DNA from: Utricularia gibba
Lineage: Eukaryota > Plantae > Magnoliophyta
DNA length: 64,000 nt
Assembly (NCBI GenBank): GCA_002189035.1
Contig: NEEC01000025.1
Location: 496,001 to 560,000, forward strand
Direction of reading: 5' to 3'
Part shown: in pieces, positions 55,741-64,000 of the stretch
How positions within the stretch are numbered: position 1 is the stretch's first letter
How the letters are laid out: each line of letters starts with the position of its first letter
Made by a program: the position numbers and the translations under genes
Notes under the pieces: model-generated
What the model saw: only the letters and a program-made list of their open reading frames with translations
Database searches by the model: none
What the model was told of the DNA's origin: nothing

Positions 55741-55914
55741 TCACTGCGTACTTTATATCAGCTAAAATTCTTACTTATTCCCATTAGAAACCTTCTATGC
55801 GTTTTTTTTTTTAATTTTTTGTTGGCAATTTAATGTTTAGCGGTTCACCAGAAGAATACACTTTTGGTCTCCGGAAAATGTCTGTCAAACATGAACAATA
55901 AAACTGAACAATAC

Positions 55915-56451
55915 CTACATGGGCCCACCCATACCGGGTCTTGTCCCGGACCCATAACCCGACCCACCGACCCCATAGCCGTAAATGGAGCCTCCTTGGT
56001 GGTGTCCCATCACATACATATTCCCCTCGTCACCGCCGACGGAGGCTGAGGAGCCACCGGCGGCATCCTTGTCTCCTCTGCCGACCATAGCGCTCTTCTC
56101 CCCCTCGATATCTCTAAACCTCTGCAAGTAAACCTTCAATGGCTCCACGTACTCCTCGAACCCTAGGGTTGTCATCGCCCACAGCAAATCATCGCCGTTA
56201 ATCGTCTTTCTTTTCTCCCGTTGACACTTATCCGAGGCCTCCCCTGTAATGAAGCTTATAAACTCCGATACGCACTCTTGCACAGTTTCCTTGGCGTCCT
56301 TGGATATTTTCGCGTTCGCGGGTAAGGCTTTCTTCATTATTCTACTAACGTTCGCGATTGGGAGAAATCGGTCTTGTTCTCGAGGTGAGATTTCGCTGTG
56401 GTAGTTCGCGTCGCGGTGATATCCCCCCGATTCGTTGTCGGAATCCGCCAT
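55915..56451 (-). CDS. NF-YB3: Nuclear factor Y subunit B (NF-YB2/3-like), intronless CDS
   Basis: [10 protein letters not shown]...[78 protein letters not shown]. Confidence 0.95.
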   Translation of the reverse strand: MADSDNESGGYHRDANYHSEISPREQDRFLPIANVSRIMKKALPANAKISKDAKETVQECVSEFISFITGEASDKCQREKRKTINGDDLLWAMTTLGFEEYVEPLKVYLQRFRDIEGEKSAMVGRGDKDAAGGSSASVGGDEGNMYVMGHHQGGSIYGYGVGGSGYGSGTRPGMGGPM

Positions 56452-58618
56452 TTCTTCGACCTGAAAACCCACCGCTTCTGGAATATCCCTCCCAACCCCG
56501 GCGACGGGTATCGATCTTCACGAGTCTGGGGAACAATCGATCAGCCAATAGACCTTCGCGTGAGAATCACGCGAAACCTCAACGGATACAAGCTGGCTAT
56601 ACCACAACCAGATACCCACCTACAATCACGAATAAAGAGGAACATGAATCAGTTTCATATAGCTTCAGGCGACGAAGAGCATGCGGACCGGCGTTGATTA
56701 CCGTACGCCGGTGCCGGAGATCGTACTACAACACCCCGAGGTTGGTTGGATCAAAAGGACTACTATAATAAACTGATCCCGTGTGACACGTGGAGCGATG
56801 TACGCCGTTGGTCGCTGATAACATAATCCATCAGTTAGTCTGATCTCCGACCGTCGATTTGCCACTTGTTGGATAATCTCAGCCGTTGATGCCGCATCTG
56901 GAACGTGATCAGGAGTGTCTGGTTCGAGTTGCCAATGGGAATTCATGTAGTGGCTGAGGTGGGCCACACCCACCCTACTTTCAATAATAACTAACTTTTC
57001 CGATTAGTAAATATTTACGCAAGTATTTTGAAAAAGTAGCATCTACCATGTAGAACCAGACTTTCTTGCAATAGCTTTTTTTTTAATAATTGAAACGATA
57101 ATAAAAAGATAATTATAGAACAGAATCTCACTGAAAAAGTACTTTTTTAAAAAAAGATGGTACGGAATAAGTAGTTTTTTTAATAATTGCTTTAATCTGG
57201 TGCAAAATGCTAACCCTGTCCCGAGTATACAGGTTTCAGCATGGAACCTCCAAGGTGCTTTATTTTGAAGTTTATTATCTTGGTCTTGTTAGGCTGAGGT
57301 GTTGGATAGATATTCGAGAGTATTGTTTATCTTCTGTTTCAGGTTTCGCTGGAGGGTTTGAAGGCGCTTCAAGGCGTATCAGACCCACAAAAGCTCCAGA
57401 TTCACAGAGCAGATGGTGCTCCTTAGCGACTTCCTTCAGCTCATACTTGGTGAGTTCAAGTTACACTCAACTGTTATTGCTCCGCTCCGTATTGTTTGAT
57501 GAGATGATGGGTTATCCAATCCCTGCAGCTTCAACCAACTTGACCTCCCGGAATATTCTTCCAAAAACGGCTTTGCTCGGAATCCATAGACAGATGCTTC
57601 GGTTTCTCATAGAACTCTGGTTCTGGGTAGGTGGATCCGTGGAGTGCTGCATGTGCTGTTCCTGGTTTTCCCAAGGAGATGCTCGTCTCGCCCTGCTTTC
57701 TTCTTCTGCATCCTGGCATCGGTCATTCATTCCCTTCTATGGAATAGCATCTGTGTCACTGTTACCGGTTTTGTCCTTCCTGCAATTGATCATACATACA
57801 CTCGAGAACTCTTTGAGGAACACTTTTGCGAACCAAATGTCATGATCACTTCGATACCCAAGAAAAAAACATTCTTGAAAATCGAATATATGAAGCATAA
57901 AATGTGATCACATTCTGTACATGGTGGTGGTGGTGGTGGGCTTGGTTTTACAGAAGAACTTGGGGCCTTTACGAGCGAGTGCGATTTTTAAAGAGTTGAG
58001 GGGTCCATTAGGAATATTTGAAAGTTTAGGGCCTTGTTGATGTATTAGGCGCTGGGCATGTACTGGTTTGAAAATATAACATAAAAGTGGGCAAATTGTA
58101 ATAAAACGTTGCAAGGAAAAAGCCCTAATGGTCTCATGTTTTTTTCCCAAAACGCGCAGACTGGAGAAATCGTTGATGCGTTTCAGTTGTGCGAGGAGCC
58201 ACTTTTTGCCCCGCAGATTTTTCATTAGCCGTTGGGATTTTACACCGGCGCTCCCTCCATTTTCCCTCCTACACCTCTTCTAACTGCAGCGAGCTGAATT
58301 TGTTGCCCATTCCCCTGGTGATTTGTCGTTCGATCGTCGTCAGATAATTGGGTTTTGCTTGCCGTCTAGGAACCCACGCGTCGGTGAGAACTTACCTGCG
58401 GGGAGCCGGTGATCATCCAGTTAGGTGCGATGGGCGAATAGCAATAAATTTTGAAACTTTTACACAATTTTTTTCTTTCGGTTGGTTTATGTTCAGGGAC
58501 TAGAGGATACCTGCAGATTAAGAACTTGGTTTTGATTGTTCTTATCCATGAAACTTGAAGGTTTTTTTTTTTTCCCAACTAATGGCGATATTGTTGGGAT
58601 GCAGGGGCATTTAGTTAC

Positions 58619-61600
58619 ATGGATTCCGGGCTCACTCACACGTTACATCCTGGACCTATTGATAATTCTGTGCTTACATTGCAAGATCACCACAGGTCCA
58701 GTGATATATGGAATGGCCAGACTTTTGAACCTTTGACCTGTAGAAGGTGCGACGGCCAGTTTTGGCGTTTGGGAACTCTAGATCCCCGTGTGCAGAGAAT
58801 GATGTTGAGAGCAGGTTTTTATGGGGTGTATAAGGCTGGTCGCATGCGATTGGATCATGCCTTGGTCACAGCGTTGGTGGAACGATGGCGCCCAGAGACA
58901 CATACATTTCATTTACCAGTTGGTGAGGCCACTGTTACTCTTCAGGACATATCCATATTGTGGGGTCTCCCAGTGGATGGTGATCCCATTACTGGTGTGG
59001 ATACCAATCGTTCAACGGAGGAATGGCAAGAGATATGCCATGAGTTGTTGGGATTTAAACCCCCGCCTGAGGATTTTGACCGTGGTCGGCTGAAAATCAG
59101 ATGCCTGCAGGAGAGATTTAAAACATTGCCAGATACTGCAACAGAAGAAACTGTGCAGTTTTATGCTAGAGCATATATTTTGCAATTGCTTGGGGGGCAG
59201 TTATTGTCAGATATGTCCAATAATAAGGTGAAATTGATGTACTTACCGTTGCTTAGAAATTTTGAGGAAGCTGGGAGACTAAGCTGGGGTGGTGCTGTTC
59301 TTGCCTGCTTATATCGTGCTTTATGCCGAGCAACGAAACCTGAGACATCAGATATATGTGGCCCTTTGGTACTTCTGCAGGTATAAAGAAAATTAAATAA
59401 TGATCATAATTATTCCTTTGTGTGTGCGCGTGCGTCTTATGGGAAACTCTTTAAAGATGGAGAAAAAATCATCTGAATGAATTCTGATCAGATATGGGCT
59501 TGGGAGAGGATTCCCTTCATCCGCCCAGGAAGACTAGCACCTCAACCACAACCACCACCCGATGTAATTTCTGGAGATATCTATTTGCCTTCTGCACCAT
59601 ATGGTTCTAGGTACTTTTGCCCTGTTTTTACCCGTCTTGATACCTGCGCTGTTATTGTATTTTCTATGCTGCAAATGAACTGAAAAAATCATTTGGATTT
59701 CAAGTGTAAAGATTTATTCATGATGAAAATCGTGATTGCATAGGTGGAATGTGGGTTTCAAGCTGGAGAGTGTTGGAAGTCATGTCCTTGTCGTTTACCG
59801 TGACCAGCTAGACAATATGAAGGATGACCAGGTCTATATTTACCGTCTACATTTCATAGCTTATGCAACCGGCTTACCTGCCAAATATTGAATTTTCTTT
59901 TTTTCATTCGCTAGTTTGTGTGGGAACCATACACCACAAATGTGTTGGCAGGCCTCCCGGAGTACTGCATTTCTGGAAGACGGATTTGGCAGACTGTCTC
60001 TCCACTGATTTGCTTTGACGTCATTGAGTTCCATCACCCTGACCGTGTCCTGCGCCAATTTGGGCAGCAACAAAGCATCCCCGCTGCATGTGATACTATC
60101 CCAGACATCCATCTGACTGATCGCCGTGGTAGACAGAATTATGATTGGGCTCATCATCACAGGGAGTTTGTCAACATGTGGGATGACCGCTGTGCTCGTG
60201 TAGTGACTGCACCTTTCAGTGATTGCTCGGTGGATCAGAGTGATGCATACATGACATGGTATCGGCAGATTACTCGTTTGTTGATTGGAAATCCTGCCAT
60301 GCGTCCACATGCTGAGTACTTGGAGGCTGGTGCAATAGAAACCATGGTAGAAAATGCAATTTTTTCGGGTGCTCATCCCACCTGCCCTTCTTTGTTTGGC
60401 ATTTGCTTGTAACACTTCTACTATTCCAGCAGGCACATAGTATACAAAAGATATACCACTGCGCCACAGTTGCTTTGCAAGAAGGGTATGAAATCACCAA
60501 GGAAAATGCTCTAAGGGAGATACAGGAAATATGTGAGCATTCTTTGCGGTCTGCTCACAAAGACCATCGTCTCAATGCATGCCTTGACACGAAAGCACTA
60601 TCTCCAGGAACATCCCCCTTTGTTCCACCTAAGGCACCGAGAGGAAGGCCGAGAAAGCGAGGTGCAGTTTCCACTGGTGCTGCAGCTGAGAGTAAAAAAA
60701 GAAGTTCATATGTCTCCAAACTGGCGGTTTCTGCTGAAATGTCTCGTTCTTTTAAATCATCGGACGTGCTTCCATCGGATACATGGGATTCTTTATTGAC
60801 ATCTGAAGAAGTGCCAGATATCAAATATCCAAACACAATGCTACTGGATCATGAAGTTACAGGTTGATTGCCCTCTGCTCCTCCTCCAAAGAAAAAAGAC
60901 TAGAGAGTTGTCATAATTTGATTTTTGCAGGAACTTCAAGTCCTATTCCGCAAGCGCTTGCGAAGATCAGGGAAATTTGTGTGTCTGTTCTAAGATTGAG
61001 CAATGGAAATCAAACTATTTTATCAACCAATGATCCAAGTCAAGATGGCCCAAAACTGAAGCGCTGCACTCCACGAAGGAGAGGTGGAATGAATGATTTT
61101 TCATCTGGTGCAAATCCAGGAGTCGATTCATATTTTCCGCTCGGTTGTGAGACACCATCACCTGCACCTTCTCCTTCTATCAGGCCTAACGGTACTTCTT
61201 TGCCACTTGATGATAATCTGCGGCATGAAGTTGAGCCATTGGGTGTGCCGGCCCCTCAGGAATCACCACTGCCGGATTTGCAAGAAAATTTGCATCTGGA
61301 AATGATAGAGCTAGATACCATAACTGGGAGTAGAGAACCTTCACCATGCGTTCCTAATCCATCTTTGCATAGTGATTCCGCAGGACTTCATGATCCCCTA
61401 CTGGTCTCATCGGCTGTTGCCTTCACATCTGAAGAACAGAACACCTGCGATATGGAAGTACCATCTCCGGCACCAGAACCTGTGCCTTACATTGACATCT
61501 CAGCGAAAACTGATGACAACATCTCCTACTCCGTTCAAGGTGATATCTGCCATTCCCAGTTCTCCAAACCCGACACAGAAGAGTCACCAGACGTTGCAGC

Positions 61601-61919
61601 CAAGGAACATGACGCAGAAGCAAAGCTGGAACCTGTTAGTATTTCTGAGCCAGAAAACCTTGCGATTTCTGAACCACCGCACCAAGTCTGTAGCGAAGAA
61701 GTTAAGAGTGAGGAGGCAGAGTTGGGTGCTGTGGAAGATGGCCCCAGAAGAGAAGACATGGAAATGGATGCAGAGAGTGGCTGTGCTTGTAAAGATGCAA
61801 TCACAGGTCCGCACGAGTCATCAGGCATGCCATGTGAATGCCAAGAGGCTGCAGTGTTCAGGGAGAATTTCCCCATGAAGTACAAGAGGCGGAGGCGCTC
61901 TCTGGTGAAGCACAGATAG
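58619..61919 (+). CDS. MAIN-like plant mobile domain protein with AT-hook and long acidic C-terminus
   Basis: PGPIDNSVL...HRSSDIW, LDHALVTALVERWRPETHTFHLPVGEATVTLQD, LSWGGAVLACLYRALC, LLQIWAWER, HHPDRVLRQFG. Six exons; PRGRPRKR at 60637-60660. Confidence 0.9.
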
Positions 61920-62440
61920 CTTAGCTGCTCACCTACCTCTCCCTCAACCCCAGTAGTCCACGTCATCATGTGATATGTAACTTAATTGTATCCAGATGTA
62001 TTAAATAAATAAACTGCATCATTTAACGTGGAGTGATCAGAAAAAAAACAAGAAGAAAGAAAGGATGTATTGTCCATGTGGGGCCCCTGTAAGTATTTTC
62101 TCGATTTTCAATAAAAGGCTAGATTGAGTGTTCCGAAAGTGCAGGAGAAAGTGTAGAGCACAGAGCCGTAGAGCCCTCTTTTTTCAACCTGAGAATCAAA
62201 TGGATGTGGAAGTCCAATGGGTATTGGAGAAGATTCGTTGCTCGATTCCTGGTGGTTATGCTGATTCGTCTGTAGAGCCCGGTTATTTTAGTCTGTTTTT
62301 TTCTCCTGTGCTTGGCCGGTGGAATGAATCGAGTTCCATAAAAAAGATTTACGGTTTTTTTTGGTTGTTGATTGTGGGAAAAGATTCACTTCTAACTTCG
62401 CCGGCGGCGGCGGAGGAGTTCGAGAATCGACTGTGTCAGA

Positions 62441-63030
62441 ATGGAACCGGAAGAGTCGAATTGGACTTGGATTGAGGACAAGGTGTTTGAAAATAGTTTG
62501 TTGGAATTTCCCGAGGGTTTTCCCAATCGATGGGAGATAATCGCGGCGATGCTTCCGGAGAAATCGCCGGCGGATATTGAGCGGCACTATATCGCATTGT
62601 TGATCGACGTGACGGCGATTGATGCGGGGATGATTGATCTGCCGGAGTATGAGGAAATGGAAGTCCCTTTGCGGCAGGTATGCCAGAAGAACCCCAAGTC
62701 TGGTGTACAGAGAAAAGGCGGGAAACCTTGGACTGTAGAGGAGCACCGGTAACCAATTTTCCCTTTGGCTTCTCCCCATAAAGTTTCTATACCGATCTTC
62801 AACAAAGGAAAGAATCAAACTGTGTTCATTTTGTTTTATGATGCAGAAGGTTCCTTCAAGGTCTGGAAAAATACGGCAAAGGAGACTGGAAGAGCATATC
62901 AAGGTACGCGCTTAAGACAAGAAACCCGACCCAAGTGGCGAGCCATGCTCAAAAGTATTTCGAACATCAACAAAAGGAGGAGGCCAACAAGAAAAGAAGA
63001 AGCATTTTTTATTCCTCGATTCCTGAATGA
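62441..63030 (+). CDS. DIVARICATA/SRM1-like MYB (SANT plus SHAQKYF), short form
   Basis: [13 protein letters not shown]...[22 protein letters not shown]|[19 protein letters not shown]...[11 protein letters not shown]. Intron 62749-62846; stop at 63028-63030. Confidence 0.9.
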
Positions 63031-63323
63031 CACTCCACGGTTGCTAAGCTTTCTAACTAATTTGATTCTTTTGGAATTCCAGTTAGTTCTCCTTCTGATG
63101 TAGATATGGATGTTGATGATTCGTTGGCTAGTTCGTTGATAATGGTATTTCTCTACCTTCTTCAACCTGATATTATTGAAATAGAAACTTCCCCTCACAT
63201 CATGAGCCTGAGTAATGGATCTTGTTTTATGGGTTGAATGATTTGGCAACAAGAGCAGTATCATCCTAAGGGCGTAAAGCTATTGTGATGAATCTGCAAA
63301 ATCTGATAATATATTATCAGATT

Positions 63324-63361
63324 TGTGTGTGTGTGTGTTTGTGTGTTTTTTTTTTTTTTTG
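63324..63361. repeat. (TG)n plus poly-T simple repeat
   Basis: Directly visible. Confidence 0.85.
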
Positions 63362-64000
63362 TTGTACAATATAAGAATCTGTATGAAGGTCTACGAGAAG
63401 TAGGTCGCCATTAGAAGACAACATGATGCAAAAGTTGGGTGGCAACTACAAAGCACTTGATCCCACCCTGTTATGCTGCGCACATAACCCTTGTTCCCCA
63501 GCAGCCCCTTGCTTTACCGAGAAAAAGGCAAGTCCTTTGGTCTGTCTTTGAATGAGGCGCTATATAACATACAGTTGCTCTCCTCTAGCAGGTTCTTGGA
63601 AATGTTCATTAGACAGTGTTTTGCAGCAGTCTGTCTACCCTAGTCATTAGCTCAAATCCGCTGCGCATGCCTTTTGCCATGTCATAGAATTGGCTTCCTG
63701 AGCTGACCAGAGACATAAGGTCATCTTCTCAGGGGTAGCTTCGCGTTTGAGAACTGAGCAAGCCAATTTTGAAACAGATCCTAGCCCGCCCTAGTGGGGC
63801 CTTCGGGCAGTTGGCGGTAGGCTGCAGGAAAAATGTTAGTGAACTGCTACTACATTGGTCATTGGTGTCACAAACTTGATTTTCATGTATCATGTTAAAA
63901 CTACTCTTTATCCTCATCATAAATTTTTTTTTATATATTGATATAAAACTCGAAAACGGTTTTTTGGTTTTTTTTTTGGCTTCATACTTGATGCATTTGT

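Noticed and set aside
55500-55743. Possible LTR end (…AAACCCTAATCA) with GGATCC repeats
   Set aside because: No partner terminus, target-site duplication or primer-binding site; better explained as the RPS10 leader and telo-box promoter.
56345-56973. Several 90-136 aa ORFs overlapping NF-YB on both strands
   Set aside because: Antisense or alternative-frame shadows of a GC-rich gene, with no motifs.

Overview
Gene-dense angiosperm nuclear DNA with short (mostly 70-120 nt) introns. Genes in order: 5' end of a MAPKKK17/18-like kinase (-, runs off the left edge); GDP-L-galactose phosphorylase VTC2/GGP with its conserved ACG-initiated uORF (+); MAP65 (-); a BCL7/BDH-like SWI/SNF subunit (+); EDM2 (-); two copies of a 2-RRM hnRNP gene (-) flanking a DEK-C/SWIB gene (+) and a Tim17/22/23 (PRAT) gene (-); WRKY20-like (+); a plastid DUF21/CBS gene (-); two ABCC3-like transporters (-) from an ~7.7-8.0 kb tandem duplication; an intronless serine acetyltransferase (-); a decayed plastid RPS10 gene (-); NF-YB (-); a MAIN-like plant mobile domain gene with an AT-hook (+); and a DIVARICATA-like MYB (+). 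The most striking feature is the duplication junction at 44842/44843. It rebuilds a splice acceptor and places the last 32 codons of SAT, including the OAS-TL-binding WSDYVI tail, in frame behind DUF21 exons, downstream of a sense-oriented 375-bp solo LTR. Five 1-nt deletions interrupt otherwise well-conserved genes and may be assembly errors. Exon boundaries were read by eye; no database searches were run.
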